The translations under genes and the position numbers were made by a program. This document shows, piece by piece, positions 18,576-28,809 of a stretch of 64,000 bases of DNA (position 1 is its first letter; each line of letters starts with the position of its first letter). The notes beneath the pieces were generated by a model, which saw only the letters and a list, made by a program, of their open reading frames with translations, was not told where the DNA came from and did no database searches. The stretch is from assembly GCA_964521065.1 (NCBI GenBank), contig CAZFPQ010000002.1:21909-85908 (forward strand), given 5' to 3'. This DNA comes from an uncultured Bacteroidia bacterium (lineage in GTDB: Bacteria; Bacteroidota; Bacteroidia; J057).

Positions 18576-19607
18576 ATGAATCAAGCAATGACAAAAAAAG
18601 TAAACGAGAATCGCATAAAATGGGGAATCCTAGGTGTGGGAGATGTATGTGAGGTAAAAAGTGCTCCTGCCATGCAGATCATCAAGAACTCAGGGGTGGT
18701 GGCAGTGATGCGTAGGAATGGAGCGAAAGCAAAAGATTATGCAAAAAGGCACCAAGTGCCGAAATGGTATGACCGCGCCGAAGACCTTATCCAGGACCCT
18801 GAGGTCAACGCTATTTATATCGCCACCCCTCCAAATGCCCATTCAGAACTCACAATTAAGGCAGCTTCAGCCGGAAAGCCTATCTATGTAGAAAAGCCAA
18901 TGGCCAAGTCATTCGCTGAGTGCAAACAAATGATGGCTGCATGTAAGCAAGCCCATGTCCCCCTCTATGTAGCCTATTACCGCAGGATGCTCCCAAACTT
19001 TTTGAAGTTCAAAGAGCTCGTCGAGTCAGGGATTATTGGCGAAATTCGACTGGTTAAAATTGAACTCTACAAAACCGCAGAGCCTGACATAGTTGCGAAC
19101 AAGGAAGCAAACCAGGCTTCAAACTGGAGGGTGAATCCAGAGATTTCTGGAGGAGGATATTTCTTTGACCTAGCCTCTCATCAGTTGGATTTTTTGGACT
19201 TTGTATTTGGACCTGTCCAATCCGTTGGAGGACATGCAGCCAATCAGGCAGGCCTATATCCAGCTGCGGACGTGGTAGTGGGGTATTTTACGTTTGAGAA
19301 TAATATTCAGGGAGTCGGGAGTTGGTGTTTTACCGCAGATGAAACAGCAGAAAAGGATGAGTTGACAGTCATAGGGAGCAAAGGGACATTGAGCACCTCG
19401 TTCTTTGGAAAGCCCGAGATCTCATTGGCACTCTCTGGGGGTAAGGAGAACCAAAAGCTTAGTTTTCAACTACCCAAGCACATTCAGCAACCCCTGATCC
19501 AGACAGTAGTGGATGATCTGTTGGGTAAGGGCACCTGTCCCAGTACCGGCGCTACTGCGATCCGCACAAATTGGGTCATAGAGGAAATGACCAATAGGTT
19601 CGCCTAG
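18576..19607 (+). CDS. Gfo/Idh/MocA-family NAD(P)-dependent oxidoreductase, no signal peptide
   Basis: The N-terminal Rossmann block is IKWGILGVGDVCEVKSAPAM, followed by AIYIATPPNAHSELTIKAASAGKPIYVEKPMA, the typical EKP motif of the family. The CDS ends in tandem in-frame TAG TAG (19605-19610). Confidence 0.8.
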   Translation: MNQAMTKKVNENRIKWGILGVGDVCEVKSAPAMQIIKNSGVVAVMRRNGAKAKDYAKRHQVPKWYDRAEDLIQDPEVNAIYIATPPNAHSELTIKAASAGKPIYVEKPMAKSFAECKQMMAACKQAHVPLYVAYYRRMLPNFLKFKELVESGIIGEIRLVKIELYKTAEPDIVANKEANQASNWRVNPEISGGGYFFDLASHQLDFLDFVFGPVQSVGGHAANQAGLYPAADVVVGYFTFENNIQGVGSWCFTADETAEKDELTVIGSKGTLSTSFFGKPEISLALSGGKENQKLSFQLPKHIQQPLIQTVVDDLLGKGTCPSTGATAIRTNWVIEEMTNRFA

Positions 19608-19669
19608 TAGTCGAATTACAAGAACGCCTGGAATTCCTCATCACCTTCCACATTCTCAATGGTTTCCCT

Positions 19670-21526
19670 ATGAGCTCCTATCATGCCCTGCTTACATTGG
19701 CCTCCGGGCTACTTCTTATCAGCACAATTAGCGGTTGCAAAGAGACAGCCCCACTCCCACCGCCCAACATTCTCTGGATCGTAAGTGAAGACAACTCCCC
19801 TTTCCTGGGAGCCTATGGCGACAGCTTTGCCACTACCCCCAACCTTGACAAGTTGGCGGCTGAAGGGGTGCTATACGAACATGCTTTTGCCTCGGCCCCG
19901 GTCTGCGCGCCTTCTCGCAATACCCTCATTACCGGCGTTTATCCTCCTTCGATGGGTACCCAGCACATGCGGAGCAAGTATGCTTTGCCTGCCTTTATAC
20001 GATTCTTCCCCACTTACCTGAGAGAAGCTGGCTACTACACGACCAACAATTTCAAGAAAGATTACAACGTAGCCGTAGATCAGTCTGAACAGGCCTGGGA
20101 CGAGTCTAGCAAGGAGGCTACTTATCAAAATCGCCGACCCGGCCAACCTTTCTTTGCCGTATTCAACCATACAGTTTCTCACGAAAAAAGTATTCATACG
20201 TCGATCCCATCAGTCAACCTTCGCCATGATCCCGAGCGAGTGCCTATTCCTCCTTATCACCCACCTACCGAGGAGATGAAGCACGACTGGGCCCAGTACT
20301 ACGATAAGGTAGAGGACATGGACAGGCAAGCGGGAGACCTGCTGGCGCAATTGGAAGCTGATGGCTTAGCAGACAATACAATCGTATTTTACTACAGCGA
20401 CCACGGAGGCATACTAGGACGTAGCAAGCGTTTTCTTTTTGAGTCTGGGTTACGCATTCCCCTGATCGTGCGGGTACCAGAGAGGTATAAACACCTGATT
20501 GACCTACCCCCTGGCAGCAAAAGCAATCGCCTTGTAAGCTTTATTGACTTTGCTCCTACGGTACTGAGTCTGGCGGGGATCGAGATTCCCGATTACATGC
20601 AGGGCAATGCCTTTATGGGCGAGTCAGCCATCGAAGACCTCGCATATGCTTTTGGATTTCGAGGGAGAATGGATGAAGTGTATGACCTAGGCCGCACTGC
20701 CAGGGACGAACGCTTCCGCTACGTCCGCAATTTCATGCCGCATCGTATCTACGGCCAATACCTGAGCTACCTGTGGCGGGCCCCTTCCATGCAATCGTGG
20801 GACAGTGCCTTTCAGGCCGGGGGGCTAACCGAGGTCCAATCTGCCTTCTTTCAGCCCAAACCCACCGAAGAACTCTATGACGTACGAGTCGATCCCCATA
20901 ACACCCAGAACCTCGCCGGAAACCCTGCTTATGCAGAAGACCTGAGGCGAATGCGTCAGGCGACCTTTGATTGGATGGCCACCATTCGTGATGCGGGACT
21001 GATGCCAGAGGCAGAGATGATCCACCGGACGGGCGACAGCAGTACCTATGAATACGTCCACAGCGACGCCTATCCCTTTGATCGGATTCTAGAGACTGCT
21101 GACTGGGCTACCCAACGTGATCCAGCTTATGTGCCAGCCTTGCTAGACCGTAAGGATGATCCCAATGAAGCCGTGCGATACTGGGTCGCTACAGGGTTGA
21201 CAATCCTGAGTAAAGAGAAGCCTGAAGTGAGCGCTGTCTTGGCTCAGCTATGCATGGATCAATCTCCTAATGTAGCTATCGCTGCTGCAGAGGGACTGTT
21301 GAACACAGGAGAGAATGAGTTGGGACTTTCGGTCCTGGAGCGGTACCTCGACCACCCAGAAGAGAAAGTACGCGTCCATGCCCTAAATATCATCCGGGTC
21401 ATTGGAGAGGCCGCGCGGCCTCTCTTTCCCAAATTGCGAAAGCTGGTAGAGACAGGCGAGGACGGTTTCCAAGTTTATGATGTGCAGGCAGCCAAGGGAG
21501 TACTTAAACGGATGGAGGGAAGATAA
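19670..21526 (+). CDS. S1-family sulfatase with C-terminal HEAT-repeat extension, lipoprotein
   Basis: A lipobox is present (LLLISTISGCKE). Sulfatase blocks are PNILWIVSEDNSP, the CAPSRNTLITGVY signature, and YYSDHGG. The last ~130 aa carry three HEAT-like units (DDPNEAVRYWVATGL / DQSPNVAIAAAEGLL / HPEEKVRVHALNII). Confidence 0.85.
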   Translation: MSSYHALLTLASGLLLISTISGCKETAPLPPPNILWIVSEDNSPFLGAYGDSFATTPNLDKLAAEGVLYEHAFASAPVCAPSRNTLITGVYPPSMGTQHMRSKYALPAFIRFFPTYLREAGYYTTNNFKKDYNVAVDQSEQAWDESSKEATYQNRRPGQPFFAVFNHTVSHEKSIHTSIPSVNLRHDPERVPIPPYHPPTEEMKHDWAQYYDKVEDMDRQAGDLLAQLEADGLADNTIVFYYSDHGGILGRSKRFLFESGLRIPLIVRVPERYKHLIDLPPGSKSNRLVSFIDFAPTVLSLAGIEIPDYMQGNAFMGESAIEDLAYAFGFRGRMDEVYDLGRTARDERFRYVRNFMPHRIYGQYLSYLWRAPSMQSWDSAFQAGGLTEVQSAFFQPKPTEELYDVRVDPHNTQNLAGNPAYAEDLRRMRQATFDWMATIRDAGLMPEAEMIHRTGDSSTYEYVHSDAYPFDRILETADWATQRDPAYVPALLDRKDDPNEAVRYWVATGLTILSKEKPEVSAVLAQLCMDQSPNVAIAAAEGLLNTGENELGLSVLERYLDHPEEKVRVHALNIIRVIGEAARPLFPKLRKLVETGEDGFQVYDVQAAKGVLKRMEGR

Positions 21527-21644
21527 CTCAGTGTGCTCAATCAGGTATAACTCAGACTCGCAACAAGCGGTGGTGTCCTATGAGGATCAAAATGCACAGA
21601 CACTTAACCCAATGCTTTGGGTTTGGACCACGCTACTAAACAGG

Positions 21645-23024
21645 ATGAATGACATGAAACCTTTACTTTCAATCCTTTTCATACTCGCCTGTATGATCTT
21701 TTCTTGTTCCCAAACAGAACAAGAGGTTGAATACTTCGCAAACAATGCCTTTGGCAACCCCATTACAGGCAATGCTGGGGAATATTATCAGGGGGTAACC
21801 TATGTCGCCTTCCAAGGAGAAAAGGAAGACCCTTACGTAGCAGCTTATGACCATGAAGAGGGCAAATGGCTTGGTCCCTTTAAGGCTGGCACAAGCCTAC
21901 TGGGCAAAACCCCTGGGAAGAAGATTGATAACCACGGAAAACCCTCTCTAGTCGTAGACAGTGAAGGCTATATTCACCTGGTATTCGGAGGACATGGCGG
22001 AACCAGAGACCTAGGCGAAAATACCCTAGGCAATTACAATGATGGGAAACAAATCCACGTAAAGACCCGCAACCCAGAGGATATTAGTTCTTGGGAGGTG
22101 GTAGATAACCTCCCGCCATTCGCTACCTACAGTCAGTTTGTCAAAATGGACAATGGCGATATTTATTTGTTCTATCGTCATGGCGCGCACCGCAGCGATT
22201 GGGTGTATCAGGTGTCAAAAGATGATTGTCGTACCTTCTCGCCTAAAGTGTCCTTTCTTAAAGCAAAACCTGCCGCTCCGATCCCTGCTAGTGATAACGT
22301 TTGGGACTCGTGGTACATCAATCTCAGGAGAGGCAGAGGCAGTGATATCCTTGTATCCTACAACTACCATGTATGCCATAACATGAGTCCTGGTGTACAC
22401 GCAGGCAGACGCCACAATTGCTACTTCATGCGGTTTGACACCGATCAAAACCAATGGCACAACATAAAGGGGGAGACGCTACAGCTTCCTATTACAAAAG
22501 CCTATGCGGATACGATGACATTGGCTATAAATACCGAAGACAGATGGAACCATCTCGGACGGGTAGGACTTACCAAAGACGGCTATCCCATTATCAATTG
22601 GTATGAAGGGAAAAATGATGGTTCCAGACATGGCGGCCCCAAACAACTGGTACAGTATCACTGGTCCGGTGAAAAATGGATGGGAGGTAGGACGAATGTA
22701 CCCTTAGAGGCTAGAGGGGAGGTACAAGCCAAATCTCGGGACTCGATTAGTTATTTATTGGGTTCTACAGAGGCGCAATCAGGGGAAGTTAGCTGGTGGG
22801 AAAGTGTCAATGGGGGAGAAACCTTTAGCCAAGGAGAGGTGCTGGTAAGTGCTGAAGGAGGAACGTTTAGCCTGTCGCATTTCGTCAGAAATGCCCATCC
22901 GGATGCCCGCATACTCGCCACCCAGAAAATAGCCGGAACCGACTATTCCAAAATTTACCTTTTGGGAAACCAGGGAGCAATCTCTCGATCAGGGTCAGAA
23001 GCCCATACCCAGCATGTTGAGTAG
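21645..23024 (+). CDS. BNR_4-type beta-propeller protein, lipoprotein, function unknown
   Basis: The start is moved to the ATG at 21645 (MNDMKPLLSILFILACMIFSCSQ, lipobox). The track start at 21477 would overlap the upstream sulfatase by 50 nt with no signal peptide. The block KIDNHGKPSLVVDSEGYIHLVFGGHGG is analogous to DRHNHISMGICEGDGTIHLTFDHHAH in ORF 41148, and I associate it with Pfam BNR_4 (PF15892). Confidence 0.5.
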   Translation: MNDMKPLLSILFILACMIFSCSQTEQEVEYFANNAFGNPITGNAGEYYQGVTYVAFQGEKEDPYVAAYDHEEGKWLGPFKAGTSLLGKTPGKKIDNHGKPSLVVDSEGYIHLVFGGHGGTRDLGENTLGNYNDGKQIHVKTRNPEDISSWEVVDNLPPFATYSQFVKMDNGDIYLFYRHGAHRSDWVYQVSKDDCRTFSPKVSFLKAKPAAPIPASDNVWDSWYINLRRGRGSDILVSYNYHVCHNMSPGVHAGRRHNCYFMRFDTDQNQWHNIKGETLQLPITKAYADTMTLAINTEDRWNHLGRVGLTKDGYPIINWYEGKNDGSRHGGPKQLVQYHWSGEKWMGGRTNVPLEARGEVQAKSRDSISYLLGSTEAQSGEVSWWESVNGGETFSQGEVLVSAEGGTFSLSHFVRNAHPDARILATQKIAGTDYSKIYLLGNQGAISRSGSEAHTQHVE

Positions 23025-23031
23025 CAAGCAT

Positions 23032-23847
23032 ATGAATATGAAATTCAAAAAAATCAAGTTGTTGAGCATCGCCTTCATCATGCTCTTGCCATTAAAGGCC
23101 GCATGTCAGGAAAAAGGATTTGGCTTTGATTGCTTGAATGAGTCAGATGAATGGAAATTAGCCTTCGCAGACGAATGCACCGACGACTGGACAAAAAAAT
23201 GGTTTTGGGATGGGCTTCTCGCTACCGTAGAAAACACACAGGAAGGCATGCATTTTTCTGCTGGGCCTGAAGCGAAAAATGACGCCCATCACGCCGTTTT
23301 ATGGGCCAAAGAATCCTTCCAGGGGGATATCAAAATTGAGTACGATTACACCCGAACAGATTCGGCAATTCGATACGTTACCATTCTGTACATTCAGGCT
23401 ACCGGAGATCAAGAGGGGGACTTTATGGCTGATATCGCAGAATGGAACCAGTTCAGAGAGGTTCCTTCTATGCGGAAATATTTTGAAAACGTGAACCTGC
23501 TCCACATAAGCTATGCGGCATTTGGCAACGAAGGGGACGGCTTGCATTACATCCGGGCCCGCAGGTATCCCAAGCCGCAGGATAAGGGATTTGACATAAC
23601 CCGCATCGCGCCTTCTTACGACTACAAAGGCTTTGTCAAGACTGGTCAACGCTACCCAACTATCAAGTCAGAGGACAAGTTATTCTTCAGGCTTGAGAGT
23701 ACGGATGGGGAAGAACTATTCACCTGGGACTTATCAACCGTCGAACCTATCACAGAAGGGAGAATAGGGTTGCGCCACATGTATTCCCGTTCCGCTATTT
23801 ACAAGGATTTCAAGGTCTACACCAGACAACGTAAAAACGAGCATTAG
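23032..23847 (+). CDS. Secreted concanavalin-A-like / DUF1961-like protein, function unknown
   Basis: A signal peptide starts at the internal ATG (MNMKFKKIKLLSIAFIMLLPLKAACQ). The blocks WFWDG...ATVENTQEGMHF, GDIKIEYDYTRTD..IRYVTILYIQA, LLHISYAAFGNEGDG.HYIRARRYP and GRIGLRHMY look like a jelly-roll of the DUF1961 (B. subtilis YesU) type. This is from memory only. Confidence 0.35.
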   Translation: MNMKFKKIKLLSIAFIMLLPLKAACQEKGFGFDCLNESDEWKLAFADECTDDWTKKWFWDGLLATVENTQEGMHFSAGPEAKNDAHHAVLWAKESFQGDIKIEYDYTRTDSAIRYVTILYIQATGDQEGDFMADIAEWNQFREVPSMRKYFENVNLLHISYAAFGNEGDGLHYIRARRYPKPQDKGFDITRIAPSYDYKGFVKTGQRYPTIKSEDKLFFRLESTDGEELFTWDLSTVEPITEGRIGLRHMYSRSAIYKDFKVYTRQRKNEH

Positions 23848-24008
23848 CATCCTGCTTCTTTTGTCCTTGATCCTGAGTATACTTTGGGCAATTGGCCAGT
23901 TCATTTATGCAGGGAATCAAAAGCCTAAGAGCATCTTTTTCAAATCGGATGATCAAGAAATCAACAAGAAGACTATCTGATCATCGAGCACTGGCAATCA
24001 ACAGAAAC

Positions 24009-25415
24009 ATGCAAAAATCTTTCTTTCTCATAGTTGCTTCAATTGCCATCTGGGGATCTTGCACCCCTCAGCAAGAGCAAGCTGGAAAAGCATATACCAC
24101 ACCCAACATTCTCTTCATAGCCGTAGACGACTTGAGGCCAGAACTCAACTTTTACGGGGCTACTCACATCCAGTCTCCGAACTTGGATAAACTTGCAAGT
24201 AAGAGTCTGGTATTTGACCGTGCATACTGCAACATTCCGGTTTGCGGGGCCTCTCGGGCTAGTCTGATGACCGGGGCTCGACCGACCCGAAAGCGCTTCA
24301 TTAATTACAGTTCACAAAAGGACATAGATTATCCAGAAGCAGTCTCTTTGCCGATGATACTCAAGCAGCATAACTATATCACCATATCGAATGGGAAAAT
24401 ATATCATCATAAATATGACGATTCCCTCGCTTGGGATGAGATTTGGCATCCCGATCCACAGTGGGACTTCGCCTTGCCAGAAAGTCAGCAGATAAAAAAG
24501 GAAACCAAAAGAGGCTTACCCATAGAGGCAGCAGATGTGGCAGATTCGGTTTATCGAGATGGGAAGCTGGCCTTGAAGGTGATCGCTGATTTACGGAAGC
24601 TTAAGCAGCAAACCCAACCTTTCTTTCTGGCTATGGGCGTTGCAAAGCCTCATCTCCCCTTTACCGCCCCCAAGAAATATTGGGACCTGTATGACCGAGA
24701 TTCTATCGCCTTGCCAGAGAGTTACGTCCAGCCTGAGAACACGCCTAAAAGAGCATTTCATAAGTTTGGAGAGTTACGTCAATACAAGGGAATTCCAAAA
24801 CAAGGAGACGTACCCGAAGGGTTGGCAAAAGAACTTATCCACGGATATTATGCCTGCGTGAGCTACATAGACGCTCAGATTGGGCTGGTACTTGATGAGT
24901 TGGAGAGCTTGGGGTTAGCTGAGAATACCATCGTCATTCTCTGGGGGGATCACGGATGGAACCTTGGGGATCACAAACTGTGGTGTAAACACGTGACCTT
25001 CGAAACGGCCATGAGAACGCCCCTCATCTTGAAAGTACCGGGGAAAACGAATGGGGAAAGGACGAATGTGATTACAGAGTATATCGACATTTACCCAACC
25101 CTTACAGAGCTTGCTGGATTGACTGCCCCAGAAACAGCAGTTGGTCAAAGCATGGTTCCAATTCTCAATGGAATTGATAGTGACAAAGATTGGGCAGTCT
25201 CCAAATTCAAAGATGCTGTCACATTGATCAAAGGTGATCTCTTTTACACCGAGTGGACGGACGACCAAGGCATCGCCAGCGAGCGAATGCTTTTTGACCA
25301 TAGAACCGATCCATTAGAATTGGATAACCTAGCGGAAAAAGAGCAACACGAGGAACTCGTAAAAAGCCTATCTACAGAACTAAGGGTACGCTGGGGAAAA
25401 CACTTTTTGGATTAG
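24009..25415 (+). CDS. S1-family sulfatase (iduronate-2-sulfatase-like), lipoprotein
   Basis: The start is moved to the ATG at 24009 ([21 protein letters not shown]). Sulfatase blocks are [19 protein letters not shown], the signature [14 protein letters not shown] (C-x-A-x-R variant), KPHLPFTAP and [11 protein letters not shown]. Confidence 0.85.
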   Translation: MQKSFFLIVASIAIWGSCTPQQEQAGKAYTTPNILFIAVDDLRPELNFYGATHIQSPNLDKLASKSLVFDRAYCNIPVCGASRASLMTGARPTRKRFINYSSQKDIDYPEAVSLPMILKQHNYITISNGKIYHHKYDDSLAWDEIWHPDPQWDFALPESQQIKKETKRGLPIEAADVADSVYRDGKLALKVIADLRKLKQQTQPFFLAMGVAKPHLPFTAPKKYWDLYDRDSIALPESYVQPENTPKRAFHKFGELRQYKGIPKQGDVPEGLAKELIHGYYACVSYIDAQIGLVLDELESLGLAENTIVILWGDHGWNLGDHKLWCKHVTFETAMRTPLILKVPGKTNGERTNVITEYIDIYPTLTELAGLTAPETAVGQSMVPILNGIDSDKDWAVSKFKDAVTLIKGDLFYTEWTDDQGIASERMLFDHRTDPLELDNLAEKEQHEELVKSLSTELRVRWGKHFLD

Positions 25416-25467
25416 CATCTACTCTGATACACAATTTCCAAAAATATACCAAAGAGCAGGAATAGTC

Positions 25468-28400
25468 ATGAACGTTTACCTAGCTAAATGGATAAGCTCG
25501 CTTGCTAAGTGGGAAGTAGGATCTGTGATGTTACTCGTACTCCTGCTTCCGTTAAGCTCTTGTAATACCTCAAATGTCAACCTATTAGATCTCCGCTGCG
25601 AATACCGTAGAGATCCGCTGGGAATTGATAATACAAGGCCCCGTCTGAGTTGGAAACTGCTGGACCCTTCTCGACAGAGGGGACAAAAACAAACTGCTTA
25701 CCAGGTTATAGTCGCCAGTAGCCTTGAAAAGCTGGAAAGGAAAGTGGGGCACCTGTGGGACTCTGGCAAAACGGAATCTCAGCAATCGGTCAATGTCGTA
25801 TACGCTGGGGCCGAACTGTCGTCTGGGCAGTCATGCTACTGGAAAGTCAGGATTTGGGACAAAGATGGGAATCCATCGGCTTGGAGCGAAACGGGCAGAT
25901 TCAGTATGGGCTTGCTATCCGCTGGAGATTGGCAAGGGGAATGGATTATGAAAGAAAATCAACTCAAAACAGATCATAATTGGTACCGCAAGAGTTTTGA
26001 GTTGGAAGACAAGGCGACATCGGCATTCGTGTACGTGGCTTCGTTTGGGTATCACGAGCTCTATGTCAATGGAAAAAAGGTAACTGAGAATGTCTTAAAT
26101 CCAGTTTCCTCTTTCATGAAGAAGCGAATTCCCTATCTGACCTATGACATAGAGAATCTCTTGGAAGAAGGGAAAAATGTAATCGCGGTATGGCATGCAG
26201 CAGGTTGGGCGCGCTGGCCCAGGGTAACAGAGATGATGAATCCCCCTTTTGTGTTCAAGGCACAGGCGAAAATCACCACAAAGGCTGATACGCTTCTTCT
26301 CGGTACCGATCAGAGCTGGAAATGTAAAAAAAGCCATAGTGAGTATGTGGGAAATTGGGATATACTCGACTTTGGGGGAGAGAAGATTGATGACCGAAAG
26401 CGGGAAGATGATTGGAATACGGCAGCGTATGATGACAGGAATTGGGTACACGCGCATGTCTATGATCCCGCGGCCCTCAATGCCCAAATCGAAGGGGACA
26501 ATATCCTCCTGACCTTGAATAGCAATAAGAGTCGATTCTTAAGGAAGGAATACCAAGCCATTACAGCAGAGCTAAGTCCGCAAATGGTAGAACCACAGGT
26601 GCGATATAAAGAGATCGCCCCTGTGGCAGTCGAGAAAAGTAGCGACACTACCTACCTGATTGACATGGGAGAAAACTACACGGGCTTTTTTGAAATAAAC
26701 CTCTACCATGGGCAGGAGGGGGATTCTGTTCTGTTTGAAATTGCAGATCGAGAGGAGGTGACGTCTTCCTGGAACCAAAAAAGCAAGTATATCTATGGAG
26801 CGTCAGGAGAAGGGCGTTTTGCCAATCGATTCAATGTGGCCGGAGGGCGTTGGATTACGGTTTACGGGTTGAAGTATCAACCCGAACTAAAGGATATCAA
26901 GGGCTACGTGGTCACCAACGACCGCAGGCAAATCAGTAGTTTTGAAAGTTCCAGCGAATTGCTCAACCGCATCTATCAGGTCAACCTTAATACCCACCTT
27001 GCCAATACCATGGATGGGATCATGGTGGATTGCCCACACCGGGAACGAAGAGGTTGGGGCGAAGTGACCGTTGCAGGTACCTATGGCGATGCCCTCCCCA
27101 ATTTTGAAAGTGGTGCGTTCCTAGACCAGTATATGCAGTACATGCGCGATGCGCAGTTTGAAGATGGCCGCAACCGTGGGATAGTCAATGAGCAGGATCG
27201 CCCTTTTTTGATGTGGAAGGCCAATAACCCCATCACCATTTGGGAAACCTATCGCCACTTTGGAGACAAGAAGGTATTGGAAGACAACTATGCCTCCATG
27301 CAAAAATGGATGGAGTGGATGCACAATGCTTCTGACTATGCCGAGGGCGGCGCCTTAAAAATAGGCACCCCCGGGAAACGAGAAATGCCAGGCTTGGGAG
27401 ACTGGTGCACCCCCAGAGGCAATTTCTGGACCAGCAGCAATTCACCCGATGCGGCACATTTCAATAACTGCGTGTATGCCTTTATGCTAGAGTGCGCCAT
27501 GAACATGGCCAAAGCCATGAAGCTTACCGCAGACGCTAGCATGTATGCGGATCGATTGGCCGTCCAGCGAAGAGCCACTCACCACAACTCTTATCATCCC
27601 GAAACGGGACAATACCTGGATGGCAAACAGGTAGACCAGGCATTTGCCTTGCTCACAGGTGTTACCCCTATGAGCGAGCGCTCTAAAGTGCTCCGCCAAT
27701 TGGAGAACAACCTACTATATACCTTCCCCTATTACGACACGGGCAGTTCTGGACAGGCGCTTTACACCCGTTATTTCATTGAGCATGAACGCATGGACCT
27801 CATCTATGAGTTGCTCCGAGACAAAGCCCATCCCAGCTATGGTTACTTTTTGGAGCAGGGCAAAACCACCTGGCCGGAGCGTTGGTCAGCGGTAGGCAAC
27901 AGCCAGATTCACACCTGTTACACAGGAATAGGGGGATATTTCATCAAGGGTTTTGGAGGCATTCGAACGGCAAAGGAGCAAGTTGGCTATCAGCATTTTG
28001 AGTTAAAGCCAGCCCCCGTCGGGAATTTGACGTTTGCAAATACGGAGTTTGAGTCCATGTACGGCACCATTGTTTCTAACTGGAAACGAGAGGAAAATAC
28101 CCTCACCTATCATGTAGAAATCCCCGTCAACACCACGGCCAAAGTTTTCATACCCGCGACTTACGCCGATGTCGTATCAGAAAGTGGGGTATTGGCTGCT
28201 AAATCAGAGGGCGTTGCCTATTTAGGCACCGAAGCCCACAAAGCCGTTGGTAATTATGTACTATATGAATTGGCGTCTGGCCAGTATGATTTTACCGTGG
28301 AGGAGATGCCAGATACCTCATTTCCAGATCCCATATCTACTGTAGAAAATCTGGCGACCATCGGCAGGATGAGCGCTTCCTCCATGTTTATAGAAACCGA

Positions 28401-28728
28401 AAAACTTCCGGGTTTTGAGGCATTTAAGGCCAATGATGCAAACCCAGAAACGAGCTGGCAGGCGGCCTCAGCAGAGGACCAATGGCTGGAAGTCGTATGG
28501 CTTAAGCCACAGATATTCAGCCAAGTAGTGATAGATGAGTTGGGCGAAAACATTAGCTCTCACAAAGTGCAATACTGGAAAGAGGGAGAATGGATTGACA
28601 TTGCTAAGGGGACCGATTGTGGGCTGGATAAGCGCTACAGCTTTGCATCTGTGACGAGTACCAAGTGTCGGCTCCTTATCCCTAATGCTGAATTTCCGGC
28701 ACTGATTTCGGAGGTTGAAATTAGGTGA
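25468..28728 (+). CDS. GH78 alpha-L-rhamnosidase with C-terminal F5/8 type C domain; paralog of 11589-14888
   Basis: Collinear with the first GH78 at roughly two-thirds identity by eye: DLRCEYRRDPLGIDNTRPRLSWKL..., VDCPHRERRGWGEVTVAGTYGD, AFKANDANPETSWQAAS.DQWLEVVW. A lipobox-like LLLPLSSC is present. Confidence 0.9.
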   Translation: MNVYLAKWISSLAKWEVGSVMLLVLLLPLSSCNTSNVNLLDLRCEYRRDPLGIDNTRPRLSWKLLDPSRQRGQKQTAYQVIVASSLEKLERKVGHLWDSGKTESQQSVNVVYAGAELSSGQSCYWKVRIWDKDGNPSAWSETGRFSMGLLSAGDWQGEWIMKENQLKTDHNWYRKSFELEDKATSAFVYVASFGYHELYVNGKKVTENVLNPVSSFMKKRIPYLTYDIENLLEEGKNVIAVWHAAGWARWPRVTEMMNPPFVFKAQAKITTKADTLLLGTDQSWKCKKSHSEYVGNWDILDFGGEKIDDRKREDDWNTAAYDDRNWVHAHVYDPAALNAQIEGDNILLTLNSNKSRFLRKEYQAITAELSPQMVEPQVRYKEIAPVAVEKSSDTTYLIDMGENYTGFFEINLYHGQEGDSVLFEIADREEVTSSWNQKSKYIYGASGEGRFANRFNVAGGRWITVYGLKYQPELKDIKGYVVTNDRRQISSFESSSELLNRIYQVNLNTHLANTMDGIMVDCPHRERRGWGEVTVAGTYGDALPNFESGAFLDQYMQYMRDAQFEDGRNRGIVNEQDRPFLMWKANNPITIWETYRHFGDKKVLEDNYASMQKWMEWMHNASDYAEGGALKIGTPGKREMPGLGDWCTPRGNFWTSSNSPDAAHFNNCVYAFMLECAMNMAKAMKLTADASMYADRLAVQRRATHHNSYHPETGQYLDGKQVDQAFALLTGVTPMSERSKVLRQLENNLLYTFPYYDTGSSGQALYTRYFIEHERMDLIYELLRDKAHPSYGYFLEQGKTTWPERWSAVGNSQIHTCYTGIGGYFIKGFGGIRTAKEQVGYQHFELKPAPVGNLTFANTEFESMYGTIVSNWKREENTLTYHVEIPVNTTAKVFIPATYADVVSESGVLAAKSEGVAYLGTEAHKAVGNYVLYELASGQYDFTVEEMPDTSFPDPISTVENLATIGRMSASSMFIETEKLPGFEAFKANDANPETSWQAASAEDQWLEVVWLKPQIFSQVVIDELGENISSHKVQYWKEGEWIDIAKGTDCGLDKRYSFASVTSTKCRLLIPNAEFPALISEVEIR

Positions 28729-28809
28729 ATGGGCATGCTCTGAGGGAGAATCGTAGATACACTCCTGTCGTTGAAAGCCTCGGGTGATTTTTCTTGTAAA
28801 TAGATACCT

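Noticed and set aside
21477-21644. N-terminal 56-codon extension of the BNR_4 ORF that overlaps the upstream sulfatase gene by 50 nt.
   Set aside because: The extension has no signal peptide and no recognisable domain. A perfect lipoprotein signal (MNDMKPLLSILFILACMIFSC) begins at the internal ATG at 21645, so the shorter gene model is preferred.
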